A DNA stretch of 64,000 nt, taken from contig DASPRM010000102.1 of NCBI GenBank assembly GCA_035624455.1, positions 116 through 64,115 of the forward strand, written 5' to 3'. The notes below the pieces were generated by a model, which was not told where the DNA came from, did no database searches, and saw nothing but the letters and a program-made list of their open reading frames with translations. Positions 28,253 to 37,871 of this stretch are shown piece after piece. This DNA is from Terriglobales bacterium. GTDB lineage: Bacteria > Acidobacteriota > Terriglobia > Terriglobales > Acidobacteriaceae. A program made the translations under genes and the position numbers. Numbering within the stretch: the first letter of the stretch is position 1; every line of letters begins with the position of its first letter.

Positions 28253-29347
28253 TTAGTTGGGAGGCACGTGGGGTGGAGCAGGCTGGCCTCCCGGCGCGCC
28301 AGGAGGATCGGCGCTGGGCACATCTCGCGGATCCCGCGGCACGGGAGGACCAGGAAGGCGACCTGGCACGGTGTCGGGCTGACCTTCTGCCTCTTCCCCA
28401 GGACGGCGCAATGAGGGAGCGCCGGCGGGACGAGGCTGCGGCTCTTCTTCCTGCTTCTTGGCGACGGTGGCAGTCGGTTGCAGCACAACCTCCTTTTCCG
28501 TGCGTACCATCTTCTTGCCGTCTACCTTCATCACCTCAACCCGCACCACTTCATCGCCAACAAAACGAACAAACTCCACATCCTCCGGAGGGACACCATA
28601 AATCCACTCTTCGTATTCCGAGTCGCCATCCTTCTCGCGCGTCTTCTGCGGCGGGCGTCCTTTGGAGTAAACCACCATCTCGCGGTTCATCCCGACCAGC
28701 ACCTGATGATTCTTGATGGCCTCTTTGGCCTTTGGCGGAATCGTATCCAAGTAAGCCTCAACCGCCGACTGCGAGTGGAAATCGAGCACCGGGCTGAGCA
28801 TATCTTTCACCTGGGTAGGCGTCATTTCAGGCACATAGTTGTCGAATAACAACTCTACAAACGAACCGCGTGGATTCGTATTTTCAGTGGGTGTGCCCGG
28901 GCTCGCCGACCCCATGGGTCCGTCAACCTCTATGTGCTCATACCATTTCTTCTTGCGCTCAGGCCCACCGTTGATCTCAAAGACGATGCTCTTGGACTTG
29001 AACTTGACCAGCGTGATGCGGGCTCGGTCACCCGGCTTGGCTGCTGGACCGTAGGCTGCCGTCATCATTTGCAACTCGGCATCATTGGGTGAGACCGTGC
29101 CATCTTTAATGGTCAGCCCTTTCCTTCCCATGGGAAAGGGTTTGCGCACGAACACCTGCTCGGCACTCAGAGATCGAATTAGCGTGACCCGGCCTTCATT
29201 CGAAATATGTGGAGCGTCTTTAGGAGGTGGTGCAGGCTTGGAATCAGAAGTTGGTGCAGGCTTGGAATCGGCAACGGAGGAGCCGCCAAAGGCGAAGAGC
29301 GCCAGGAGCAGAAACAAGGTGCGCTGGCCGGTCATGATGTACCCCAA
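28253..29347 (-). CDS. Hypothetical secreted protein with a Pro-rich C-terminus
   Basis: It has a signal peptide (TLFLLLALFAFGGSSVA) and ends in a low-complexity Pro/Gly tail. I recognise no domain. Confidence 0.55.
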   Translation of the reverse strand: MGYIMTGQRTLFLLLALFAFGGSSVADSKPAPTSDSKPAPPPKDAPHISNEGRVTLIRSLSAEQVFVRKPFPMGRKGLTIKDGTVSPNDAELQMMTAAYGPAAKPGDRARITLVKFKSKSIVFEINGGPERKKKWYEHIEVDGPMGSASPGTPTENTNPRGSFVELLFDNYVPEMTPTQVKDMLSPVLDFHSQSAVEAYLDTIPPKAKEAIKNHQVLVGMNREMVVYSKGRPPQKTREKDGDSEYEEWIYGVPPEDVEFVRFVGDEVVRVEVMKVDGKKMVRTEKEVVLQPTATVAKKQEEEPQPRPAGAPSLRRPGEEAEGQPDTVPGRLPGPPVPRDPRDVPSADPPGAPGGQPAPPHVPPN

Positions 29348-29373
29348 ATCCCTTCAGCGATTATAAGCCTGGT

Positions 29374-30297
29374 CTAGGGCGCAACGGGCGGCATGGCGTC
29401 AGTATTTTCCAACAGAGGACGGATCTCGATCACCGGAAGGGGCCGCTGGCGAATGCAATAGAGTACAAACAACAGACCAATAAAAATGGCGATTGTGGCC
29501 AGCACCCCTCCTTCCGGTCCGTAGCTACCGCCCGTCAGCCATTGAGGCCCGGCGACTCGTCCCACTCCAATCACAGCAAAATCCGTAAGACCGCTCACCG
29601 GAAGGCCAAAGACAAGCCCCAGAGCCGCGTTCCAGCTGAAGTGAATTCCCCAGGGCAGCCACAGACCCTGGGTACGCAAGTATGCCAAGGACAAAACTAC
29701 ACCGATAAGGGCAGTGTTGGCCGCTCCTAGAAATGAAACATGCGGATTCCCAAGATGCACGCTGCCGAACAGCAGTGAAGACACCAGAATTGCCCCAGCT
29801 GGCCCCAAGCCTTCCACTAAACGCTGAAAGGGGTATCCCCGGAACGTCAACTCCTCTGCCAACGCGCCTGTGACCAGAATCCAGACCACAGCCGTTGCTA
29901 ACTTGAGCGTTTGGCGATTAAGAACTGGAGAATAGCCCAGATGACCTCGTTGGATTATGGCCTGAAGCAGAACCGCCATGAGGCTCATCACGAATCCAAC
30001 CGCGATTCCGAGAAAGCTATCATGCAAAGCATTACTGGCGCCCAAACCCAGGGCACGGACAGGATGTCCTTTCACCCGATCAAGGACGACCAGCATAGCG
30101 CTGTAGGAAAGCAGCAACAGCAACGCGAGCGTAGGGCGGAAAAAAGCATCGAAGAGCCGTTCATTGTTTGCGGAAAAAGCTGCGCTGAAGAGGATGAGCC
30201 AGGCAGCCAGCCAGTTGGCGGCGAAGAAGACCGCCAGCGAGATGAGAAAACGCCAGCCGCTGCGCAGGCGTCCATCGTCGCCGAGAAACAAGGTCAT
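29374..30297 (-). CDS. CPBP-family (CAAX/Abi) intramembrane metalloprotease
   Basis: EELTFRGY and the FGSVHLGN motifs are present, with multiple TM helices. The start ATG at 30297 overlaps the upstream gene's stop in ATGA. The ORF track's longer N-terminus is rejected. Confidence 0.8.
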   Translation of the reverse strand: MTLFLGDDGRLRSGWRFLISLAVFFAANWLAAWLILFSAAFSANNERLFDAFFRPTLALLLLLSYSAMLVVLDRVKGHPVRALGLGASNALHDSFLGIAVGFVMSLMAVLLQAIIQRGHLGYSPVLNRQTLKLATAVVWILVTGALAEELTFRGYPFQRLVEGLGPAGAILVSSLLFGSVHLGNPHVSFLGAANTALIGVVLSLAYLRTQGLWLPWGIHFSWNAALGLVFGLPVSGLTDFAVIGVGRVAGPQWLTGGSYGPEGGVLATIAIFIGLLFVLYCIRQRPLPVIEIRPLLENTDAMPPVAP

Positions 30298-31382
30298 ACC
30301 ATCGCAGTTTGCGGCCGCGTTTTGCTGATATTGGTGGCGAGGCCGTCTGGGGCAACCCGGCAAGGCAGCACGTGTCCCCCGTTCACTTTGAGCGCTTCGG
30401 CCACTCGTTCTTTTGCGCCATCCTTGACCATGAAGATCACACAACCACCGCCGCCCGCTCCACAAACCTTGGCCGCACGACCGCCGGTTTTGGCCGCCAC
30501 CGCAATCAGGCGATCGATCAAGGCGGTGGAGATGCCGCTGTAATTGCTGCGCCGAAGCTTCCACTCTTCCCGCAATAGCCGTGCCACCTCATCCCATTGC
30601 CCCTCGGCCAGTGCCGGACGCATGGCCCGGGAGAGCTCAGCCAGGTGCTGGAAATTCTTAATGACGTTCTTGTTGCCATCTACATGTGACTTGAATACCT
30701 GCCAGTTATTGATGCCCGAGCGGCGGGGTTCCCCTGTGTAGACCAGCATAAAGCGCGCATCGATCTCTTCGGAAGCAACCGGCAGGGCTTCACGGCGGAT
30801 TCCTTGCGGTTCCAGGTGCACCGCACTGACTCCCCCATAGAGGGCAGGGTAGTAATCCTGGCAGCCCGTAGGCACGCCGATCAACTGCGCTTCCACATTC
30901 TGTGCCAGCACTCGCATCTCTTCCAGAGAAAGCCTGCGGCTACAAAGTCTGCTCAGCGCCGCCGCAGTCGCAATCATCAGGGCAGAGGAACCGGCAATTC
31001 CTCCTCCGGCGGGGGATTCCGAATTGGTCTCCAGCAAGAAACCGTCCTCAGGCGCGAATAATCGCACCAGACTGGCAGCTAGAGCGTGCTTCAACTGCCG
31101 GGCGCGGCGAAGGCTATCCAGGTTCTCAAAGCGATCTTCCTTCTTGGTATCCAGTGAGCGCAGATGAATGCTCTTGCCTGGCAGCGGAGTAATCTTGCAC
31201 GAAGTCATGATGTTGACTGCAAAATTTACAGTCACCGCCCCAGGGTGGAACAGGTATAACGGCCAGAGATCCAGAGTCCCTCCCGCCAGGTCGACACGGC
31301 AGGGGGCTTGTGTGCAAATGCTGCGCAGCTCTGAAAGATGACTGGGCTCTTCGCTTGGCATCAGTTTGTTCTTTTGTATCAC
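30294..31382 (-). CDS. GHMP-family sugar kinase (heptose/hexose-1-phosphate kinase-like)
   Basis: The GHMP motif [20 protein letters not shown] is present, with the C-terminal [10 protein letters not shown]. Substrate is unknown. Confidence 0.75.
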   Translation of the reverse strand: MIQKNKLMPSEEPSHLSELRSICTQAPCRVDLAGGTLDLWPLYLFHPGAVTVNFAVNIMTSCKITPLPGKSIHLRSLDTKKEDRFENLDSLRRARQLKHALAASLVRLFAPEDGFLLETNSESPAGGGIAGSSALMIATAAALSRLCSRRLSLEEMRVLAQNVEAQLIGVPTGCQDYYPALYGGVSAVHLEPQGIRREALPVASEEIDARFMLVYTGEPRRSGINNWQVFKSHVDGNKNVIKNFQHLAELSRAMRPALAEGQWDEVARLLREEWKLRRSNYSGISTALIDRLIAVAAKTGGRAAKVCGAGGGGCVIFMVKDGAKERVAEALKVNGGHVLPCRVAPDGLATNISKTRPQTAMV

Positions 31383-31607
31383 GAGCGGCCGTTCCGGCAG
31401 TCACTGGCCGTCCTGCCGCTGGGTTCGACAGCTGGAATCCTGATCGAACCGATTATTCTACTGCCAACAGGATCGATAGTGAGAGCCAGCTCTCTTGTCC
31501 CGCCCCCCTTTCCCATTTTGTTGCCGCGCGTGGTGCATTGTCGTTCGAGCCACACACGCCTGCGATACAATCCGCCAACAGGGCTGCTTTTGCGAACGGA
31601 GTTCCTT

Positions 31608-32393
31608 ATGCCTATCAGTTTTGGATTTGTCGCTGCGGTCATCGTCTTCATCTATCTGCTGAGTTCAATCAAAATCCTGGCGGAGTATGAGCGGGGTGTG
31701 ATTTTCCGACTCGGCCGCTTGCTCGCACACGCCAAGGGGCCCGGACTGATCCTCGTTTTCGCTCCCGTGGATCGCATGGTGCGGATTTCGCTTCGGCAGG
31801 AGGCTCTTGAGGTTCCGCCACAAGACATCATTACCCGCGACAACGTCACCCTAAAGGTAAATGCAGTGATCTTCCTGCGCGTCATTGATCCCCGCCGGGC
31901 GGTAAATGAGGTCTCCAACTATGTGTACCAGACCTCGCAGTTTGCCCAGACCACGTTACGTTCGGTGCTGGGCGAAGTGGATCTGGACGAACTCCTGGCC
32001 CACCGTGAAAAGATCAACTTGCGGCTACAGAGCATTCTGGACCAGCACACCGATCCCTGGGGGGTCAAAGTGGCCAACGTCGAAGTAAAGCAGGTGGACC
32101 TGCCGGATTCGATGCTCCGCGCCATGGCCCGCCAGGCCGAGGCAGAACGCGAAAAACGTTCCAAAATCATTCATGCCGAGGGCGAATTCTCGGCCGCGCA
32201 ACGCCTGGTGGATGCAGCTCGCTTGCTCGCGCAGGAACCGGTAACCATCCAGTTGCGTTACCTGCAGACGCTTACCGAGATCGGAGTGGAAAAGAACACC
32301 ACTATCGTATTTCCCCTGCCGGTCGACATCATTCACGGGCTCACCAAGGCCGTCGGGCAAGTTGGGCAAGCGCCTGCGCAGCCGGGCAGGTAA
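31608..32393 (+). CDS. SPFH/Band-7 (stomatin-like) membrane protein
   Basis: It has an N-terminal TM segment followed by the SPFH core [32 protein letters not shown]. The start ATG at 31608 has GGAG upstream. Confidence 0.85.
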   Translation: MPISFGFVAAVIVFIYLLSSIKILAEYERGVIFRLGRLLAHAKGPGLILVFAPVDRMVRISLRQEALEVPPQDIITRDNVTLKVNAVIFLRVIDPRRAVNEVSNYVYQTSQFAQTTLRSVLGEVDLDELLAHREKINLRLQSILDQHTDPWGVKVANVEVKQVDLPDSMLRAMARQAEAEREKRSKIIHAEGEFSAAQRLVDAARLLAQEPVTIQLRYLQTLTEIGVEKNTTIVFPLPVDIIHGLTKAVGQVGQAPAQPGR

Positions 32394-32411
32394 AGGAGAA
32401 CTAAGGAGATT

Positions 32412-33002
32412 ATGGGAGAACAGGACACAGAAATCACCCTAGGCACGGTAAGACTCCTGGGCCTGTTTTTCGGCCTTGTCATCGTTTGCGGAGCCTTTTT
32501 CGGCTTGGGCTTCTCTATGGGACGCAGCTCCGCCAAATCGACACTGATGCTCACAGATAATCCCGCATCTACGCTTCCGTCGTCTGGAGCGCCCAAAGCG
32601 TCAGCCAATGCCGCCACGAAAATCGCCGAGAGTTCGCCCGCCGCTGATAATGCCACCCCTGCGGCAGTGACAAAAAGCCCGCAGGCAGCTGATCCGTCTA
32701 CCGTCTTGGCAGCCGCTCCAGAACCGAAAGGTGAGTCCGATTCCAATCAGGCCACGGCCCCGCCGCCGGTGGCTGCCGCCAGCGGATATCTCGTGCAGGT
32801 TGCTGCCGTGACCAAGCAGGAAGACGCCGAGGCGCTGGTCGGGGCGCTACGTAACAAACATTACACGGTGTTTGTCTCCCCCGGTGCAGGCGCGGACAAG
32901 TTGTTCCATGTACAAATCGGCCCCTTTTCTGACATAAAAGATGCAGAGGCCATCCGAGCCCGCCTGGTGAGCGACGGATACAATCCCATCCTGAAAAAAT
33001 AA
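32412..33002 (+). CDS. SPOR-domain (peptidoglycan-binding) membrane-anchored protein
   Basis: It has an N-terminal TM segment, a low-complexity Ala/Pro linker and a C-terminal SPOR domain (YLVQVAAVTKQEDAEALVGALRNKHYTVFV..FHVQIGPFSDIKDAEAIRARL). Confidence 0.8.
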   Translation: MGEQDTEITLGTVRLLGLFFGLVIVCGAFFGLGFSMGRSSAKSTLMLTDNPASTLPSSGAPKASANAATKIAESSPAADNATPAAVTKSPQAADPSTVLAAAPEPKGESDSNQATAPPPVAAASGYLVQVAAVTKQEDAEALVGALRNKHYTVFVSPGAGADKLFHVQIGPFSDIKDAEAIRARLVSDGYNPILKK

Positions 33003-33203
33003 CGGCTTGAGGCACAATGGGCATCTGTGCACTTGCCCCCTTCCTGCCCCATTCCTGATTGAAAACCCTTTTCACTTTGACAAGCAGCCGGCACAACTCG
33101 CTGTTGACAGAGACAGGGCTCGTACTTAAAGTCAATTGAACTTCCAACACAAGCGAACTCCCCCTTTTAGAGTGGAAGCGTACCCTGTCTGCAGGAGTGG
33201 AAT

Positions 33204-33542
33204 ATCGAGGAGCATGGCCATCCCGATCGCCGCTGGTCTCGTTACCAGATCGATTGTCGGGTCAAGATTTTTGCCGGCCTCGGTCCCAACAAAACCGTCC
33301 TCTACGGGCGCGCCGACGATATCGGCGAGGGCGGGCTATTCCTGGTTGCTGCCATCGAGCTGAAACCAAATGATGTCATCGACCTGGAGTTCACCCTGCC
33401 TTATTCCAGCGACCCCCTGCGATTGCGCGGTCTGGTCCGCAACCGGCAGGGATATGGCTACGGAGTCGAATTTCTCAATCCCAGCGAAGCCGAGCGCCAG
33501 CAATTGCTCCGCATGTGCCAGGTGTTATCGATCCTCCGCTGA
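33204..33542 (+). CDS. PilZ-domain (c-di-GMP-binding) protein candidate with no canonical start codon; either a pseudogene or a rare-start gene
   Basis: The frame stays open from 33171 to the TGA at 33540-33542. It encodes RRWSR (RxxxR) and DDIGEGG (DxSxGG-like) at PilZ spacing, but has no ATG, GTG or TTG upstream of the motifs. AGGAG at 33193-33197 lies 6 nt before an ATC at 33204. Confidence 0.35.
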   Translation: MEEHGHPDRRWSRYQIDCRVKIFAGLGPNKTVLYGRADDIGEGGLFLVAAIELKPNDVIDLEFTLPYSSDPLRLRGLVRNRQGYGYGVEFLNPSEAERQQLLRMCQVLSILR

Positions 33543-33644
33543 GTTCATGGCCGGCCGATAGACGCGCCCGGATTGTCATCACCAGCGGCGTTCGCCGCGA
33601 GGGATCTGCATTTGCTGATTGCTGAACGCTGACTGCTGCTCTTC

Positions 33645-36600
33645 CTACGCTACGAAATACTTCGCCGCGGGATGATGGACGATGATCGCTGAAGTTGATT
33701 GTTCCGGGTCGAGCAAGAATCCACTCGTCAGCCGCACGCCTACATTTTCCTCCGGCTTCAGCAATTGAAAGAGCTTGGTCTGATCTTCGAGGTTAGGACA
33801 CGCGGGATATCCGAATGAGTACCGTGACCCGCGATATTTCTGGTGGAACAGATCGTTAACACGAGGCGAATCCTCGCCCGCAATTCCCAGCTCTTCCCGA
33901 ATCTGCTTGTGGACATACTCCGCCAGCGCCTCGGCGGTCTCCACGCTCAGTCCATGATGGTAGAGATATCGCGTGTACTCGCCTGATTGAAACAATTTCT
34001 GTGTCTCGTCCGACGCTCTCCGGCCGATCGTCACCAGCGACATCCCCAGTACATCCATCTGTGCGGAACCACGCGGTAGAAAGAAATCGGAGATGCACAG
34101 GCGGCGTCCCTCGCGCTGACGTGGAAACGTGAAGCGCAGCAGCTCGCGGCCCGGCGGTGAGCCATGAAATTCCGGGTCGTACACGATGACGTCGTTACCT
34201 TCGCTCTGACAGGGAAAGAACCCATAAACCGCCTTGGGTTCGTACCACGCTTTCTCTATCACTTCTGCTTGAACTTCCGCGAGAACGCCGCGGAACTTCT
34301 CCTGAACCAGACGCGCGTAGTCCTCCTGCGATGCTGTCTTTAACTGCCATTGGTTCTTGAAAAGCGCGGTTTCATTGATGTAGCCGAAGATCTGGCGCAG
34401 ATCGTAGTCCTTCCTGACCCGGACTCCATAAAATGGCGGCTGCGGAATATTTGGCGCCGGTCCGACTGCAGGGCTACGTTCTGCAGGCGTAGCCGGCGGA
34501 GCCTCGGCCACTGCCACTGATCCGGAGGAAACCCCAACCCCCGCCGATCTTGCGAATTCAACGACTCGCTTTCCTTCCCCCAGGCGAACCGCCCGCTTCT
34601 CCTCTGACTGAGTTAGATCGTCCATCACGTGCAGGCCGTCAAACGCATCATTGGCGTAAAAGACCGCACCGGAATACTCCCGCCGCAAGTCGTCTTCCAC
34701 ATACTTGCGGGTAAGGGCAGCTCCGCCGCAGATCACCGGATAATCCAGCCCCTGTAACTGCAAATCCTGGATCACATATTTCATTTCCAGCGTGGACTTC
34801 ACCAGCAGACCGCTGAGACCGATGGCATCGGCATCATGCTCTCGGGCTGCGTGGATGATCGTCTCCGCCGGCTGCTTAATGCCCAGATTCACCACCTTGT
34901 ATCCGTTATTGCTGAGAATTATGTCCACCAGGTTCTTCCCGATATCGTGGACATCGCCTTTCACCGTGGCCAGCACGATTATTCCCTTCTCCGCCCCCTC
35001 CGTCTTCTCCATCTTGGGTTCAAGGTAACTGACGGCCTGCTTCATGACCGCCGCCGAATCCAGGACGGACGGTAGCTGCATCTTGCGTGCGCCAAACAGG
35101 TCACCCACTGTTCGCATGCCATCGAGAAGTACGTTGTTTATCAGATCCAGAGGACTATAGTTCTTCAGTCCTTCTTCCAGAATTTCCTCTAGCGTCTGCT
35201 TGCCGCTTCCGTTACCTAAGCTCTTTTCACCGTGGATAATGCAAAACTTCAGCCTGTCTTCAAGCGTGAGTTGCTCGACTGGAGTTTGTGGTCCTTCCTC
35301 AACTTTTTCCTTGCCTGCGAAATGTTGCATGTACTTCTGCAGCGGGTCGCCGTCAGAAGTGTCGTGGTAAATCAGCTTCCGCGCCAGTTCAACCTCTACT
35401 TCAGGCACTTTGTACAACGGATAGATTTTTGAATAGTTAACGATGGCGATATCGAGGCCATTCTTAACCGCTTCATCGAGGAAAACGCTATTGAGGACCC
35501 GCCGGGGATAAACCGCCAAGCCGAACGAAATGTTGCTCACTCCCAGGATTGTCTTGACCTCGGGCAGTTCCTGCTTGATGCGTCGCACCGCATTCAAGGT
35601 TTCGATCCCTGCTGTGCGGTAATCTTCCTGACCGGTGGAGATCGGAAGAGTCAGCGCATCAAAGATCAGATCGACAGCACGAATGCCATATTTGGTCGTC
35701 GCAAGTTCAAAGATGCGTTTGGCAATGGCCACCTTGCGATCAGCGCTCAGCGCCATGCCTTGTTCATCGATGGTGAGTGCGATGACGGCCGCCCCGTAAC
35801 GCTTCGCCATTGGAAGGACTTTGGCAGTTCGCTTTTCACCGTCCTCCAGATTGATGGAGTTAATGATGGCCTTGCCGGGCATCCGCTTGAGGGCGGTCTC
35901 GATGACATTGGCCTCAGTGGAATCCACCAACACCGGCGCCGGCACCCGGGTTGCGATCTTCTCCATCACCCGGTCCATGTAACCGTTCTCATCTTCGCCC
36001 ACAATCGCGCAGCACACGTCCAACATGTGGGAGCCATCGTTTACCAGGTGTTTGGCAAGCGCGAGAATGTCGTCGTACTTGCCGCCGCGCACCAGGTTAC
36101 GGAAATGCTCCATGCGCGTGGTGGTGTTCATTTCTTCGGCCACGATCAGCGGCTTGGGCTCCAGATCAAGTGGAACCGAGCTGTAAGCGCTGGAAGCGGC
36201 TCCCGCCAGCTTGACCTCCCGAAGCGCAGGTTCCAGTCCCGAAACTGCCTCCACGACGGCTCTCAAGTGTTTATCCGTAGTTCCGCAGCAGCCACCTACG
36301 ACGCGCACTCCATAGTCCTTGACGAAGTGCCGGTGAAACTCAGCCAATTCCGCTGGCTGGAGCTTGTAAACCGCGTGCCCTCCTTCGTTGTGGGGCAAGC
36401 CGGCATTGGGAAGCACCGAGATGTGCTTGGGCGAATAGAGAGACAAGTGACGGACAGCATCGTTCATCTCCCGCGGGCCGGTGGCGCAATTCATGCCGAT
36501 GATGTCCACATCGTAGGGCTCCAGGGCGGTTAGTGCGGCGCCGATTTCCGTCCCCAACAGCATCGTGCCCGTCGCCTCCAGTGTTACCTGGACCTGCACT

Positions 36601-37151
36601 GGAACACGCCTCCCGGCTTTCTCCATGGCGTCGAACATTGCCACCACGCCTGCCTTCGCTTGTAAGAGATCCTGGCAGGTTTCGACCAGCAGCAAGTCCA
36701 CACCACCTTCTAGCAGAGCCACAGCCTGCTCCACGTACGCTGCCACCATATCGTCGAACGTAATGTGTCCGAGCGAAGGCAGCTTTGTTGTGGGCCCAAC
36801 GGATCCCGCCACAAAGCGCCGATTTCCATTGGATGAGAAGCCATCCGCTACTTCCCGCGCCAGCTTGACAGCCGCCCGGTTGATCTCGGCTACTCTGTCC
36901 TGGAGCTGATATTCCCCAAGAACAATTCGCGTTGCCCCGAAAGTATTGGTCTCCACAACGTCGCAGCCGACCGTAAAGAAACTGGCGTGGATGTCGCGAA
37001 TGATGTCGGGGCGGCTTAATACCAGCAGCTCGTTACAGCCCTCTTTTCCCCAGAAATCGTCCACCGATGGGTGGCGCTGCTGAATCGACGTGCCCGTAGC
37101 GCCGTCGAAGATCACCACCCGTTCGTTGACAGCCTTGAGGAAATCGCTCAT
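33645..37151 (-). CDS. metH: Cobalamin-dependent methionine synthase
   Basis: It has the full five-module architecture at 1168 aa: Hcy-binding, pterin-binding, cap, B12-binding (DxHxxG region GDVHDIGKN) and AdoMet reactivation domain. Confidence 0.95.
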   Translation of the reverse strand: MSDFLKAVNERVVIFDGATGTSIQQRHPSVDDFWGKEGCNELLVLSRPDIIRDIHASFFTVGCDVVETNTFGATRIVLGEYQLQDRVAEINRAAVKLAREVADGFSSNGNRRFVAGSVGPTTKLPSLGHITFDDMVAAYVEQAVALLEGGVDLLLVETCQDLLQAKAGVVAMFDAMEKAGRRVPVQVQVTLEATGTMLLGTEIGAALTALEPYDVDIIGMNCATGPREMNDAVRHLSLYSPKHISVLPNAGLPHNEGGHAVYKLQPAELAEFHRHFVKDYGVRVVGGCCGTTDKHLRAVVEAVSGLEPALREVKLAGAASSAYSSVPLDLEPKPLIVAEEMNTTTRMEHFRNLVRGGKYDDILALAKHLVNDGSHMLDVCCAIVGEDENGYMDRVMEKIATRVPAPVLVDSTEANVIETALKRMPGKAIINSINLEDGEKRTAKVLPMAKRYGAAVIALTIDEQGMALSADRKVAIAKRIFELATTKYGIRAVDLIFDALTLPISTGQEDYRTAGIETLNAVRRIKQELPEVKTILGVSNISFGLAVYPRRVLNSVFLDEAVKNGLDIAIVNYSKIYPLYKVPEVEVELARKLIYHDTSDGDPLQKYMQHFAGKEKVEEGPQTPVEQLTLEDRLKFCIIHGEKSLGNGSGKQTLEEILEEGLKNYSPLDLINNVLLDGMRTVGDLFGARKMQLPSVLDSAAVMKQAVSYLEPKMEKTEGAEKGIIVLATVKGDVHDIGKNLVDIILSNNGYKVVNLGIKQPAETIIHAAREHDADAIGLSGLLVKSTLEMKYVIQDLQLQGLDYPVICGGAALTRKYVEDDLRREYSGAVFYANDAFDGLHVMDDLTQSEEKRAVRLGEGKRVVEFARSAGVGVSSGSVAVAEAPPATPAERSPAVGPAPNIPQPPFYGVRVRKDYDLRQIFGYINETALFKNQWQLKTASQEDYARLVQEKFRGVLAEVQAEVIEKAWYEPKAVYGFFPCQSEGNDVIVYDPEFHGSPPGRELLRFTFPRQREGRRLCISDFFLPRGSAQMDVLGMSLVTIGRRASDETQKLFQSGEYTRYLYHHGLSVETAEALAEYVHKQIREELGIAGEDSPRVNDLFHQKYRGSRYSFGYPACPNLEDQTKLFQLLKPEENVGVRLTSGFLLDPEQSTSAIIVHHPAAKYFVA

Positions 37152-37257
37152 CGCTCTGTTATTTCCTAAATGTGATCTTTACAGAATCCTCGCAAATAAA
37201 CGAATGCCGGTCCACCTGCGGACCGGCCATTCCTCCCAAAAAGCATCTGATCGACAA

Positions 37258-37788
37258 CTAGCTGGTTATCGCCGGCTTCTGCTTCTCCTCGACATCCTGG
37301 GTGTTGAAAACCGCATTCGAACCCAGGTGCGCCGGCAAAGGTGCCAACATTTGCTCCTTTCGATAAACCAGATTGCTGGCATTGAAAGTGGCAATCTCGA
37401 AGCCGTGGCCGTGAGTTATGGCGTCGGTCGGACACGCCTCCACGCAGTATCCGCAGAAAATGCAGCGGTTGTAGTCGATGTTGTAAACCTTGGCGTAGCG
37501 CTCCGCGCCACTGATGCGTTTCTCCGCAGTATTCTCTCCCGCCTCAATATAAATGCAGTTGGATGGACATGCCGCCGCACAGAGAAAGCAGGCTACGCAT
37601 TTCTCCAGCCCATTCTCATCCCGCTGCAAAACGTGCGTTCCCCGGTATCGTTCCTGAAAAACCGCTCCCCTGAGCGGGCCGGGGCCGTCTGGATAATTCT
37701 CCACCACTGTAGGCTGAAACATCTCCTTGAATGTCGTACCCATGCCTTTGGCAATGGCGGCGATGTCTTTGACGATGGCCATAACCAA
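37258..37788 (-). CDS. NuoI-like 2x[4Fe-4S] ferredoxin (NADH-quinone oxidoreductase subunit I family), standalone
   Basis: It has two CxxCxxCxxxCP motifs (CVACFLCAAACP, CIFCGYCVEACP) and a NuoI-like length and N-terminus. No other nuo genes are adjacent. Confidence 0.7.
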   Translation of the reverse strand: MVMAIVKDIAAIAKGMGTTFKEMFQPTVVENYPDGPGPLRGAVFQERYRGTHVLQRDENGLEKCVACFLCAAACPSNCIYIEAGENTAEKRISGAERYAKVYNIDYNRCIFCGYCVEACPTDAITHGHGFEIATFNASNLVYRKEQMLAPLPAHLGSNAVFNTQDVEEKQKPAITS

Positions 37789-37871
37789 GCCAGTATAAAC
37801 GGTCAGAATACCGATTGGCGATTATCGCTGTGCGGCTCGAAATGCCGGCTGGGGCGTCCTTTACTGGGCGC

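Noticed and set aside
33136-33363. 75-aa ORF (ATG at 33136) and the ATG at 33214 overlapping the PilZ-like frame
   Set aside because: Their translations are Pro/Ser/Arg-rich nonsense, whereas the alternative frame encodes recognisable PilZ motifs. I kept them only as context for the start-codon problem.
35760-36533. 257-aa plus-strand ORF inside metH
   Set aside because: It is antisense to the methionine synthase gene, whose full domain architecture is intact on the minus strand.
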